Source: a virus
Taxonomy: Duplodnaviria > Caudoviricetes
Virus record (IMG/VR): IMGVR_UViG_3300008267_000012
Strand: one strand, 5' to 3'
DNA: 64,000 nt
Below, one piece after another: positions 8,393 through 18,800 of this stretch (the first letter of the stretch is position 1; each line of letters starts with the position of its first letter). The position numbers were made by a program, and so were the translations under genes. Below the pieces are notes generated by a model. The model had not been told where the DNA came from. It searched no databases and saw only the letters and a list, made by a program, of their open reading frames with translations.

Positions 8393-8767
8393 TTACCACA
8401 TCTTAAATACACAATCAATCCAATCAGGACATTCGCCCCTTGCAAATAAAACAACACCAATGATGTTTGTATAACCCAAATCCTCATAGAACTTCTTATG
8501 TTTAATCATAGAACCTCCTGTGGTTAATACATCATCAACAATTAAGAATGGAAGACTATCATCATCAATGCAATATTTTACTAATGCATCCTCAATTCTA
8601 TTTCCACCTGTTGGAACACCAACTACACCTCTGAAATTATATTTCTTGCTAATAAGATAAGCAAAGGTTTCAATGTCAGCATCAGTTAATGCATCACATT
8701 CAATTTTAAAATCAGATGGTTTACCTGAATTTAATATTATATCTACTTTTTGAAATAAGTTATTCAT
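8393..8767 (-). CDS. Minimal type I phosphoribosyltransferase, orotate PRTase (PyrE)-like
   Basis: PRPP loop LIVDDVLTTGGS, GVPTGG, N-terminal SGKPSDFKIECDAL; only 124 aa. Confidence 0.75.
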   Translation of the reverse strand: MNNLFQKVDIILNSGKPSDFKIECDALTDADIETFAYLISKKYNFRGVVGVPTGGNRIEDALVKYCIDDDSLPFLIVDDVLTTGGSMIKHKKFYEDLGYTNIIGVVLFARGECPDWIDCVFKMW

Positions 8768-9320
8768 TATAATTATCTTCTAATCTATTTAATTCTTTTT
8801 CTAATACGTCAATAGGATAACCTTTAGTAAAAATAGTATTAGGGTCAATAGCTTTAATCTGTTCAGCTAAGTCTTCTCTTTTACCTCTATTATAATATAA
8901 GTTTTCAATACCTCTTGCTAAATCATAGCATTGCTCATCACCAATGATATGTATTCTTAAATCATAATCATTCCATTTGGTTTTATAATCGGTAATCATA
9001 TAACCTTTGGTAATGTTTCTAAACAGATTATGTAAATACCAATTCCTTACCCTAACAATAGAGTTATCATTACCAAATAGATGTAATAATCTTAAAAACC
9101 ATCTTGGACACCACCAAGGTTTTGCTTTGTAATTCATAAAGATTACAAGTGGTTCTAATGCTTTGAATATATCACCTGAACTATTCCAAGGTACAGCACC
9201 TAAGTATTTATACTTCTGATTAAAGTCAGCAGGAAAGAATACTGCCCATATATCACTCAACTCAATATCCATTGTGTGAATGATTCCTTTCTTTTTACCT
9301 TTAAATATTATCATCTTCAA
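8760..9320 (-). CDS. Hypothetical protein
   Basis: 186 aa ORF, aromatic-rich (PWWCPRWFLR). Confidence 0.7.
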   Translation of the reverse strand: MKMIIFKGKKKGIIHTMDIELSDIWAVFFPADFNQKYKYLGAVPWNSSGDIFKALEPLVIFMNYKAKPWWCPRWFLRLLHLFGNDNSIVRVRNWYLHNLFRNITKGYMITDYKTKWNDYDLRIHIIGDEQCYDLARGIENLYYNRGKREDLAEQIKAIDPNTIFTKGYPIDVLEKELNRLEDNYNE

Positions 9321-9714
9321 TCCAAATTATACCTAGACCCACTTTAGTTTCAATTTTAGCACTAGGTAGTTTTTTTCTTATACCACATATATGAACAGCT
9401 AAACTATTATCTACAACAACAACATCTTTCCAAACATTATCAATTAATTCATCTCTTGGTATAACTCTATTTGCATTACTGTATAAATAATGTGCTAAGT
9501 CATATTCTCTTCTTCTTAGAATAACTTCAATACCATTATCAATGATAGTGCATTTGTTTTCATCAAATTTAAGTTTTCTGTCCTTTTGTTTGTTTAAAAA
9601 CTCAGACATAAAATTAAATATATTAACTGCATCTTCCCAATATGTATGTCCATTTTGATTAGCATACTCTTTTGCAGCTTTAAGAATCTCTCTTTTGGTT
9701 ATTGTTTGTAACAT
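9301..9714 (-). CDS. OmpR/PhoB-type winged-helix DNA-binding protein without a receiver domain
   Basis: LRRREYDLAHYLYSNANRVIPRDELIDNVW...NSLAVHICGIRKKL...IETKVGLG matches the Trans_reg_C pattern. Confidence 0.8.
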   Translation of the reverse strand: MLQTITKREILKAAKEYANQNGHTYWEDAVNIFNFMSEFLNKQKDRKLKFDENKCTIIDNGIEVILRRREYDLAHYLYSNANRVIPRDELIDNVWKDVVVVDNSLAVHICGIRKKLPSAKIETKVGLGIIWIEDDNI

Positions 9715-9721
9715 AAAATTA

Positions 9722-9937
9722 CTATTTATTTTTTAATACAATTATTACTTGTTCCCAATACGATGGATACTCTTTGCATTTACCAATACTATATCCATTC
9801 CCAATATACATTTTTAATAACTGATTAGCGCATTCAATAGCACAGTTAATTGCAATATCTTTATCATTAACCAATGGTAAAAATAAATTAATTAATTCCT
9901 CTGCTCTTTCTTTAGCACCTTCAGTTATTTGAATCAT
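9722..9937 (-). CDS. Small paralogue family A (divergent)
   Basis: AKERAEELINLF...AINCAIECANQLL...YWEQV. Confidence 0.7.
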   Translation of the reverse strand: MIQITEGAKERAEELINLFLPLVNDKDIAINCAIECANQLLKMYIGNGYSIGKCKEYPSYWEQVIIVLKNK

Positions 9938-10126
9938 TTATTTTTTATCAAGATTTCTTAACTCATTTATCATAAATGATAAGACAAGATTAAATACACT
10001 AAAAATGAAAAATGTTGCTCTAATATTTTTTAGCCAACATAAAGGATTCATTTCTCCTACAACAAATGATATTCCAAAGTACATATAGAACATCATGAAT
10101 ATCCAAAGTAAAATTATTCTTTTCAT
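9938..10126 (-). CDS. Small two-TM membrane protein
   Basis: Two hydrophobic segments. Confidence 0.65.
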   Translation of the reverse strand: MKRIILLWIFMMFYMYFGISFVVGEMNPLCWLKNIRATFFIFSVFNLVLSFMINELRNLDKK

Positions 10127-10458
10127 ATCGTAGGTATTTTATACCAATTTTCTTTTATCCATTGAATCTTAAATTCATCTTGAACTGTTTTAGGAACAAA
10201 GAATTCATCTTTACTTTCTTTTAATTTTCTATAATCATCTATTAAATCATTAATAGTTTCATTCAATGAATCAATTTCATCTTCTAATTCTTTACAAGAA
10301 TTTATTGTTTCGTTATAAATGATTCTTTCAATAACATCATCCAACTCATATTCAGCTTTTGTTATTGTTTCAATCATTTTCTCTTTAAGAGATTCTAATC
10401 CATTCTCATCAAGAAAGGAAAAGAAATACCCATCCAAAACTTGTTTTATACTTGCCAT
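10123..10458 (-). CDS. Coiled-coil hypothetical protein
   Basis: Acidic heptads; TATATTTG ends 4 nt before the ATG. Confidence 0.7.
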   Translation of the reverse strand: MASIKQVLDGYFFSFLDENGLESLKEKMIETITKAEYELDDVIERIIYNETINSCKELEDEIDSLNETINDLIDDYRKLKESKDEFFVPKTVQDEFKIQWIKENWYKIPTI

Positions 10459-10462
10459 AACA

Positions 10463-10470
10463 CAAATATA
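10463..10470 (-). promoter_or_regulatory. Bacteroidota-type -7 promoter element TAnnTTTG (representative copy)
   Basis: Same motif upstream of genes at 2505, 2809, 3151, 11826, 15402, 15553, 19498, 23179, 26324, 30915, 32017, 33295, 50481 (minus) and 49158 (plus). Confidence 0.8.
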
Positions 10471-10480
10471 ATATATTTTT

Positions 10481-11821
10481 TTAAAAAATTCCTGTGTAAT
10501 TTCGTGGATTAATATTTTTTAATTCCTGTTTAACTTCATCACTAACTTCAAGAGAATCAATGAAATCTGAAATTAAACTAGCTGTAATGTTTTTACCTCT
10601 TGAAAATTCTTTTAATTTTTCATAAGGTTTTTCATATTTTTCCCTTCTCAAGATAGTTTGAATACCTTCGGTAATAACCATCCAATTGTTATCCAAATCA
10701 GAATTCATTTTATCTTTATTTGGTTCAATTAGCATTATACCATATAACAAAGATTCAATTGCAACATGAGTATGACCCATTGGTACACCTATGTTTCTAA
10801 GTACGGTTGAATCAGTTAAATCTCTTTGAAGTCTTGAGATAGGAAGTTTCTCAGAGAAATGAGATAGGATTGCATTCGCCATACCAAGATTACCTTCAGC
10901 ATTTTCAAAATCAATTGGGTTAACCTTATGTGGCATAGTAGAAGAACCAACAGTATTATCATTATAAGATAATTTAAAATAATCCATTGAAATGTATTGC
11001 CAAATATCTCTGCACATATCAATTAGGATAGTGTTTATCCTTCTGATATTATCAAACATAGAACACATTAAATCATAGTGTTCAATTTGAGTTGTGTATT
11101 TTTGTCTATAGAGTCCTAATCTATTTTCCAAGAAAGTATCAGCAAACCATTGCCAATCAAAATTTGGATATGCAACACGGTGAGCATTAAAGTTACCTAC
11201 TGCTCCACCAAACTTTCCTGTGAATGGAATCTTTGTTAATGTTTCAACTTGAATATTTAGTCTTTGAACATAGACCATAAACTCTTTACCAAGTATTGTT
11301 GGTGATGCTGCTTGTCCATGTGTATATGCAAGCATTGGAATATCATTCCATATTTTTGATAATTTTAATAAAATATCAATCAATCTATTCATTTTAGGAA
11401 TATAAAATTCTTCCATCCAATCTTGCATCATTATTGGAATTGCTGTATTATTAATATCCTGACTTGTTAATCCAAAATGGATAAGTTCAGTATATTCAGA
11501 TAAACCAAGTTCATTTAATTTATCTTTTAAATAATATTCAATCGCTTTAACATCATGGTTAATACTTGCTTCAATAACTTTTATACTCAAAGCATTACTT
11601 TCATTAAAGGTTTTATACAAATCCTTTAGTTTATCTTTAGGGATATCTACATATTCATATTCAGGTAAGTTTTCAATGAGGTAGATAAAGTACTCAACTT
11701 CAACCTGTAAGCGGTATTTCATAAATGCGCTTTCAGAAAAGTAATGAGAAAGAAAATTTACTTTGGAAAAATATCTCCCATCAATCGGGCTAATCGCCTT
11801 GAGTTCAGTAAGTTTAATCAT
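10481..11821 (-). CDS. purB: Adenylosuccinate lyase
   Basis: SPIDGRY, NHDVKAIEY, HFGLTSQDINN, THGQ, signature SSTMPHKVNPIDFENAEGN. Start reset to MIKLTELKA, 4 nt after the promoter. Confidence 0.97.
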   Translation of the reverse strand: MIKLTELKAISPIDGRYFSKVNFLSHYFSESAFMKYRLQVEVEYFIYLIENLPEYEYVDIPKDKLKDLYKTFNESNALSIKVIEASINHDVKAIEYYLKDKLNELGLSEYTELIHFGLTSQDINNTAIPIMMQDWMEEFYIPKMNRLIDILLKLSKIWNDIPMLAYTHGQAASPTILGKEFMVYVQRLNIQVETLTKIPFTGKFGGAVGNFNAHRVAYPNFDWQWFADTFLENRLGLYRQKYTTQIEHYDLMCSMFDNIRRINTILIDMCRDIWQYISMDYFKLSYNDNTVGSSTMPHKVNPIDFENAEGNLGMANAILSHFSEKLPISRLQRDLTDSTVLRNIGVPMGHTHVAIESLLYGIMLIEPNKDKMNSDLDNNWMVITEGIQTILRREKYEKPYEKLKEFSRGKNITASLISDFIDSLEVSDEVKQELKNINPRNYTGIF

Positions 11822-11833
11822 AAGGCAAATATA

Positions 11834-11866
11834 AAAAAAAACCTTGAGTTTCCCCAAGGTTAAAAA
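11834..11866 (-). terminator. Intrinsic terminator
   Basis: Stem aaccttg/caaggtt, then a T-run on minus, downstream of the 11882 stop. Confidence 0.7.
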
Positions 11867-11881
11867 AAATAAAGTAAATAA

Positions 11882-13225
11882 TTATTTTACAGGTCTAAAT
11901 TTAGGTGGGATTATATCAATAAGTTTTTCATCAAAATTATAATTATTATATTTAATAATATATCTTAGTAATTTAGCTAAAAAATCTAATTCAGTAACAG
12001 CAACATTTGAACCTTTTTTTCCACTTTCTCTATATTTGTTAATTGTATTATTTATAGTATTTAAAGCCATTTTTGCTTCACTATTTGATAATCTTTGATT
12101 CATATCTAAGTTAGGGAATATATTTAATGTTTTAAGTTGTCTATTAACTTTTTTCCAATATTTCCAATAAGCCATAAATGTTTCATTTCTTGCTTTATCT
12201 TTTGATTTTTCACCTGCTTCTTGTGTTCCATGTACTAAAAGTGCAAATGTTTTATCTCTTCCACCAGGTTGCATTGCAAGTGTATCATCTAAATCAACTA
12301 ATAATCCTGCCTCATAAGCATCTTCAGGTCTTTGAAAAACTTCTGATTGTTTTATATCAATATTTTCTAATTGGTCATCTGCTCTTCCACCTTTACTTAA
12401 AGTAATTGCAAAATTTGGTATGTCTCTTAGTGCTTGTTCTGCAAATTTAACATAAGGTACTGATTTTGTATAAGCATAAAATTTCATTTCAGGCATTCTT
12501 TGTGCAACTTTCATCCATGCTTGTAAATATTCACCATTGTAAAAATCACCTGATTCATGTATTCTTAATGTTTCAAATTCTCCATTTGAATCCATATAAT
12601 AATAAATTGACCTTTCAATTAAATCTGCTTGTGCATCTGCACCACCATCTTTACCTGCTGCGATTAATAAATCAAAATTATGCCATCTATTTTTTCTAAC
12701 AGCATCATATTGCATTTCTTGATTTGCTGCATAACAATCAAATTGTGCGTCTTTACCTTTTGTTACAACTACATCACCTGTATATTCTATTTCCTTTCCT
12801 GTTTTTCTACTTATTTTAGTTGTTCCAACTTTTTCAGGGTCCATTACTCTTTCTCTTGAAACCTTTTTTAAGCAGTCTTTTGCAAAAGGACATGACCATC
12901 CAGCAGGTAGTGAAAAGGTCATTACTTTGCCACCAAGTTTAGTGTTTTCTGAGCTAAATGTTAAAACACATATATCAAGTAGTGCATCCATTTCTTCGGC
13001 TTGTTCATATAAACGATTTAAAAATCCACAATTATCACCTTTTGCCAACAATTTAGCGGATTCTGCTAAAAATTTATTATTGTTTAATTTAGTACCTCTA
13101 AAAATTGGTCTAATATCGTTGTAAACTTTTTCTTCTTTTAGTAATGTAGGTTTTTGCCCTTGACAACTTACACAATCATTAACTTCTTCAAGTATTAATC
13201 TTTTTAATAAATTCTTTAAACTCAT
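11882..13225 (-). CDS. Gp88-like protein with acidic N-terminal leader
   Basis: TFSLPAGWSCPFAKDC...CYAA...RIHESGDFY...FYAYTKS; start MSLKNLLKRLILEE downstream of CTATTTAT. Confidence 0.7.
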   Translation of the reverse strand: MSLKNLLKRLILEEVNDCVSCQGQKPTLLKEEKVYNDIRPIFRGTKLNNNKFLAESAKLLAKGDNCGFLNRLYEQAEEMDALLDICVLTFSSENTKLGGKVMTFSLPAGWSCPFAKDCLKKVSRERVMDPEKVGTTKISRKTGKEIEYTGDVVVTKGKDAQFDCYAANQEMQYDAVRKNRWHNFDLLIAAGKDGGADAQADLIERSIYYYMDSNGEFETLRIHESGDFYNGEYLQAWMKVAQRMPEMKFYAYTKSVPYVKFAEQALRDIPNFAITLSKGGRADDQLENIDIKQSEVFQRPEDAYEAGLLVDLDDTLAMQPGGRDKTFALLVHGTQEAGEKSKDKARNETFMAYWKYWKKVNRQLKTLNIFPNLDMNQRLSNSEAKMALNTINNTINKYRESGKKGSNVAVTELDFLAKLLRYIIKYNNYNFDEKLIDIIPPKFRPVK

Positions 13226-13241
13226 TTTAAATATATTTAAT

Positions 13242-13249
13242 ATAAATAG
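13242..13249 (-). promoter_or_regulatory. Putative late promoter motif CTATTTA(T/A/C) (representative copy)
   Basis: Recurs 6-18 nt upstream of starts at 2269, 19020, 26618(+), 46740, 49138, 49948, 51011, 54985, 55005(+), 56326(+), 58693, 61833, 62711. Confidence 0.65.
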
Positions 13250-13256
13250 TATAAAA

Positions 13257-13286
13257 ACCAAAAACCCTCTAATTTCTCAGAGGGTT
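13257..13286 (-). terminator. Intrinsic terminator
   Basis: Stem aaccctct/agagggtt downstream of the 13319 stop. Confidence 0.65.
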
Positions 13287-13318
13287 AAAGGATGAAAAAC
13301 AAACCAATAATTGGTATC

Positions 13319-15397
13319 TTAAAGCATCATCTTTGCTATATCTTCATACGAATTTGTAAAATCTTCAAGCATAAAACAAGTATCAGCATCTTCTTTATTC
13401 TCAACAAGTAAACCTCTTGCTTCTGTATGTAAAAGAAGTATGTCAAAAGCAGATACAGCAGGTAATTTACTATAATGATTAATTACATCAATAATACTAT
13501 TTGAATCAAGTGCAGCAACAGGTTTACCATCTGTATCTTCATCAATAAATATATACTCTTTAGCTTGTAAATCTAAAATAGTTACAAGAGTATTAGTTGA
13601 TTCTGATTGTAACATCTGAGTATTAGAAATGGTTTGAGGACACCACATTGCATTCGCTTCAGGATGTTCTCTTTCCATTAAACCAAATACAGATTCAACT
13701 GATGCAAGTGAACGACCATTATAGTTTCTTACATCAACCATAACATATCTATAACCCTTTGCAAGAGTATCTGCAATATCAATATCAATGTATTCAGCAC
13801 ATGGTCCTTGGCGATGTCTTACATCTCCTGAGTGAATGTTATTTTCAAATCTTGGACTATGAAATGAAACTAAATTTGTTTTATTTTCACCAACAAATGT
13901 TGCTGACAAATCCAAATCTTCTTCACCATTCTCATCCATCCAATAAACGAATGCACGAATAACTCTTGCATCAGCATTATCAAATGCAATTCTTTGACCT
14001 CTAATTCTTGGCTTCAAAGACATATTCAATGAACGCATATTTGTTGGCAATGGAATCTTTCTGAGTTCATCATCAATATAAACTTTACCAAGTTTATCAA
14101 GAGTTGAAAACTTATTTTTAAGTATATCCCAAATTGATTGTTGAACTGCTCCAATAACTCTAACAGGAAGTGCTTCAAGTGTTGGTAATGGGTATGCTTT
14201 CCTAGAACCTTTAATGGTTACTCTTCTATACTCTTGTTTCTTTGCTCTTGATTCAAAGTGACTATAAACCTCAAATAATACTTTATTAGAAGACCTTGCT
14301 GCTGATGCTCCAAAATATTCCATAATCATTTTAGTATGATTTGGATTTGTTCTAATCAATGCATCCATTCTTCTTGAAAATTCTCCTGGTCTTTCAGATA
14401 GTTTTTGAAGACCATTTTCAAAAGATACTTCAAATGCTTTCTTTACATCTGAATACCAACTTTTAGGATTCTCATTCCTAATTTCATCAAAGAATTTTGC
14501 AGCCTTTGGGAATTTATTCTTGTATTCAGTTGGATGAAGTCTTTCTCCCAAACGAATCCAACGATTTGCTTTAAGCACACCTTCCTTTGAATCACAATTA
14601 GTTTGCTCAAGCAATGAAAGAATATATTTTCTCTCTGCTCTTGTAAACTTTTTAAATTTAAATGCTTCCCTTGCAGGATTAGCAATTCTTGTTTTAGTCC
14701 AAGCATTTGCTTTAACCATCTTTCTTGGAACTTTAGGTAATGATACATCACCACCTGAGATATAAACACAAACCCTGAGAACATCAGTAACTGATTTAAC
14801 AGGTACATTCAATCCAAATGATGCCAACATACAAAGAGTTTCCTTAAAAGGAATTTCTTTTGGTAATATGCTATTCAATGAAGTACCATATTCTTTAATG
14901 AACCATTGAATAATTTCTCTGTCCACAGGTGTAAGAGAAGTATTGATTGAACATAGGTCAGTAAAGATTCGCATAAACCTTTGCTCTGTGATTGGTTCTA
15001 AGACTGTGTATTTGATATTCTCAAACTTAACAGGTCTTTCCATCTCAACAGATTCAGGTGACCATTCACCATTAGAAAGATAATGAATAATCTGATTGAA
15101 AAATAATTCACAATCAGACATAGACATTACCTCTTGAGGAAAGTTTTTATATAATGGCTGATAGTCATAGCGACCACCCATATTCTCTTTCAAAAACTCT
15201 ACCGCTTCATCATTGAACTGAATTACTTCATTTCTACTTGCGCTTGAAAGATAACCCAATGCTTCTTCTGAAAGCATATAACCATACTGCATCAAGTTTG
15301 CTTGAACAGTCAAAGCCAAGTTGCGATTATTCTCAGTTGATACAGAGAAAGATACAAACCCTTTGTAAAGAGCAATGGTATTTTTGGTCAGTTTCAT
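13319..15397 (-). CDS. Large protein with C-terminal TerD-like domain
   Basis: DLDLSA, HSGDV...AEYIDIDI typical of TerD folds; long helical N-terminal region. Confidence 0.7.
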   Translation of the reverse strand: MKLTKNTIALYKGFVSFSVSTENNRNLALTVQANLMQYGYMLSEEALGYLSSASRNEVIQFNDEAVEFLKENMGGRYDYQPLYKNFPQEVMSMSDCELFFNQIIHYLSNGEWSPESVEMERPVKFENIKYTVLEPITEQRFMRIFTDLCSINTSLTPVDREIIQWFIKEYGTSLNSILPKEIPFKETLCMLASFGLNVPVKSVTDVLRVCVYISGGDVSLPKVPRKMVKANAWTKTRIANPAREAFKFKKFTRAERKYILSLLEQTNCDSKEGVLKANRWIRLGERLHPTEYKNKFPKAAKFFDEIRNENPKSWYSDVKKAFEVSFENGLQKLSERPGEFSRRMDALIRTNPNHTKMIMEYFGASAARSSNKVLFEVYSHFESRAKKQEYRRVTIKGSRKAYPLPTLEALPVRVIGAVQQSIWDILKNKFSTLDKLGKVYIDDELRKIPLPTNMRSLNMSLKPRIRGQRIAFDNADARVIRAFVYWMDENGEEDLDLSATFVGENKTNLVSFHSPRFENNIHSGDVRHRQGPCAEYIDIDIADTLAKGYRYVMVDVRNYNGRSLASVESVFGLMEREHPEANAMWCPQTISNTQMLQSESTNTLVTILDLQAKEYIFIDEDTDGKPVAALDSNSIIDVINHYSKLPAVSAFDILLLHTEARGLLVENKEDADTCFMLEDFTNSYEDIAKMML

Positions 15398-15434
15398 AAC
15401 GCAAATATAAGTGTTTCTTTAAAAATAAAAAAAA

Positions 15435-15548
15435 TTATTTTCTTCTTTGTCTTAAAGCAGATGCTGCAACTGATTTAATTTTTTTACTAGTAGATGATTT
15501 TAGAATCTTACTTGCTTTTTTTGCAACGGTTTTTGATGTCTTTGCCAT
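15435..15548 (-). CDS. 37-aa Lys/Ser/Ala-rich basic peptide
   Basis: Own translation MAKTSKTVAKKASKILKSSTSKKIKSVAASALRQRRK*; own TATATTTG 4 nt upstream. Confidence 0.7.
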   Translation of the reverse strand: MAKTSKTVAKKASKILKSSTSKKIKSVAASALRQRRK

Positions 15549-15595
15549 ACATCAAATATATACGATTTTTTTAAAAAAATAAAAATTTTAAAAAA

Positions 15596-15868
15596 TTATT
15601 CACAATCAGTTGTTACTGCTTTGTAATAAGTTGTATCGTGAAGTTTATATGTTTCCATATTAAATTGATTTCCAATCCAAGAGTTACCATCACCACATGA
15701 ATTATATCTTGATGTGCTTGTTTTTGGATAACCATCTCTGTTTGGAATATACTTTTCCGATACCATCTGTGTACAGATTTGGCATTTTTCTTTTTTGCAA
15801 CTTAATATGAAAATTAAAGAAATGAATAAAATACTATTAAGTCTAAATATTTTTTTTAGACTCTTCAT
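15596..15868 (-). CDS. Putative lipoprotein
   Basis: Hydrophobic stretch then lipobox ILSC-KKE; CxxC follows. Confidence 0.7.
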   Translation of the reverse strand: MKSLKKIFRLNSILFISLIFILSCKKEKCQICTQMVSEKYIPNRDGYPKTSTSRYNSCGDGNSWIGNQFNMETYKLHDTTYYKAVTTDCE

Positions 15869-15885
15869 ATATGTATATAGTATTT

Positions 15886-18800
15886 TTATTCTGAAAATAT
15901 ATTATTATAAAAATAATGCTTAGTTCCACTCTGATTTAATGGACAATTAGGTGATATTGATTTTACTTCAATACTATACCAACGATTAGAAACATTTGGT
16001 TGAGGTGACATTAATTTTTGTATTTGTTTTGATGATATTTCTTGTGCTGTTGGGTAATAATTAGTCATACTATTAGGTGTATAACATCCAACAGGTAAAG
16101 AAATATCAGATGGTGGTGAATTTATATTACTCTCTTTATAATAACATACTCTTAAATTATATTTATTAGCATTTGGGTTTAATTTAAATGAGAATAACCA
16201 TTTATTTGCTAAGTCTCTTTGCGTTGAGAGATTACCTACATCACAAATTGATAAAGTTTTAAATGAAATTATTTTACCAAAAGTTGTAGGGCCAGTAAAA
16301 CTATTATATCTTATATATGGTCTCATATAATATGTTGTATTTGGTTCTAAATTAAATTCATTTTCAATAATTGTATTACCTGTATTTGTATTTGATAATA
16401 TTACATTTGGTGAACTATTATATAAACCATCAGTAAAAAAAAGATTATTCAATGATGTACTATATTGTACTCCTTTAAAAGCAATAAAAAAATTTTCATA
16501 ATTTGATATATTATAATTAAATCTAACTTTATTATATGAGATATTTGAAATATTTTCTGAACTTACACTTGGTGGTGAAGTTATTATTGAATCAATATTA
16601 GATAAACAATCAAAACAACAATTTTTTGATTTATATTTTTGATAATATTTTGTATATGGTAATAAATTTTCCGTAAAACCTCCAATACCATTCATCACAG
16701 GTAATGGATAAAGATAAATTTGAAATGGTGTTATTATTGAATCATAAGTTTGAAAACTTATATCAGTTGATGTTATTAAAGATTCATTAGTTAAAGAATT
16801 ATCATTTTTTGATGATGTAGCACCTTGAGAGAAAATTTTACTAGTCCAAGCATCGTTTATTTTTTCAGTAATAGAAACTGGTCTCGGTTGTGTAACTAAT
16901 AAACAAATTGGTTGTGTAACTAATCTATTTGTAAAAGATAATTCATCTCCATAAAATGTATCATTTGAGTTAGTAGCAAATGCTCTAACATAATATGTTG
17001 TTTGATTTGATGAACTTGGATATGTAATAGTATTATTAAAAAAGTTACTATTATTACCATAGCTTACATTATCACTTATAGTAGGATTTTGAGAGGTTGA
17101 CCAACAAATTCCTCTTGATATTATTGGTGAAGTAGCTAGATTTAATATTACACCACCACTTTTTGCAGAAGCATAATCAATATTTGTTATTGAATTTGTT
17201 TGTACAACCAATATATCAGGAAGTGTTGTAAATTCTATCTCATTTCCATATGTTATCCCTAATGAATTACTACAATATGCTCTTGCATAATATGTTGTGT
17301 TTGGTTGTAATCCACTAAAATATAATGAAAATTTTTGATATGGATATATAAAAGTACCAGATAGGTTATTATCACTTATAGTAGGATTTGGTGAGGTTGA
17401 GTAACAAATTCCTCTCATAATCATTGGTAATCCACCTGTTGAATTTATAATACCGTTTAAATATCCTGTTTGTGTTAAAACATTTGTTGCAGGAAGTGTT
17501 GTAACTGATGGTAAACTAGCTGCTGCTGTATTTACTACTACTTCATTACCGTATCCTGTATATTGAGAGTTTCTAGAAAATGCTCTAAAATAATATGTTG
17601 TGTTAGCATTTAGATTTTTAATATTTAATGTGAATGTATCACTAGTTGCATTACTATAAGAAATAAAATTATTTATTGTAGGATTTGATGAAGTTGACCA
17701 ACATATGCCTTTAAAAACAGTTGGTGTTCCACCTTCATCATTTATTATACCACCAATTGTTAGTGTATCTGATGTGATATTTGATGCTGATGTTGTTGTT
17801 ACTATTGGTGTAAAAACAGTATCAAATGGTATTTGTGGTGAACCATAAAGATTAGACCTTATTGAATATCTAGGATATTTACCAAATCCAAGATTAAAAT
17901 CTATACTACCATTATTATTACAATAACTCATTATAGTACCATTGTTATTAGTTATTGGAGTACTATAACAATTAGGATTTTGAGGGCAACTATCAATACT
18001 ACCTATAAAACTTCCTTGGTCATTTTTCCAAACACAAGCATGTGTATGGTTACTTCCTAAAACATGTCCTAATTCATGTGTAAAAAGATAAACAGGTACT
18101 GACCAAGTTGTACCAAAATTATTTGTTGGTACTCCACCATTATAAACATCTGTAAAAAAGAAACACTTATTTGCTGGTATACTTGGGTTAGCATTACTAT
18201 ATCCATTAGATTGTCCATTAAGATACGCTACACCAACACCATTTGGTATTGCTTCTTTACCAATTAAATGTTTAAAATGTTGTGTTGTTGATGTTGGTGT
18301 ACCTGCATTTATATTAGTTACAAATTTACCAAATATTTGATTATAACTTAATCCTTCATAAGGGTCAACTTGGTCATCCCAAATAAATATTTCTCTTAAA
18401 GAAACTTTAACCCCTTCTCTAAGAAATATTGCGGATGAGTTTGCCCAAATTGTAACTACATTATCTCTAGTTAATGCACTATCACTACCCCAAGATATAT
18501 GTATAGAATTCATTACTTCAGAATAAACTTTACAGGTTTTTTTTATTAGTTTATTTGGATTATAAAAATCTGAATTAACTAAAGTAACTGACTCTACCTG
18601 TTGGTTAGTATCTAATGAATTACATGTTAAAGGTATTTTTTTTAAGCTGTTATCTTCTACAACTTTTGATGGTGTCATATTAAAAAATCTTTTACCATCA
18701 CTTGTGTATGTACCTTGCCAACCTCTTTTAGTATAATGTAATGTACTCAAGTAAGTTCTTGAGCGATAAATAATTGGTTTGTATGCATAACTTTTACCTG

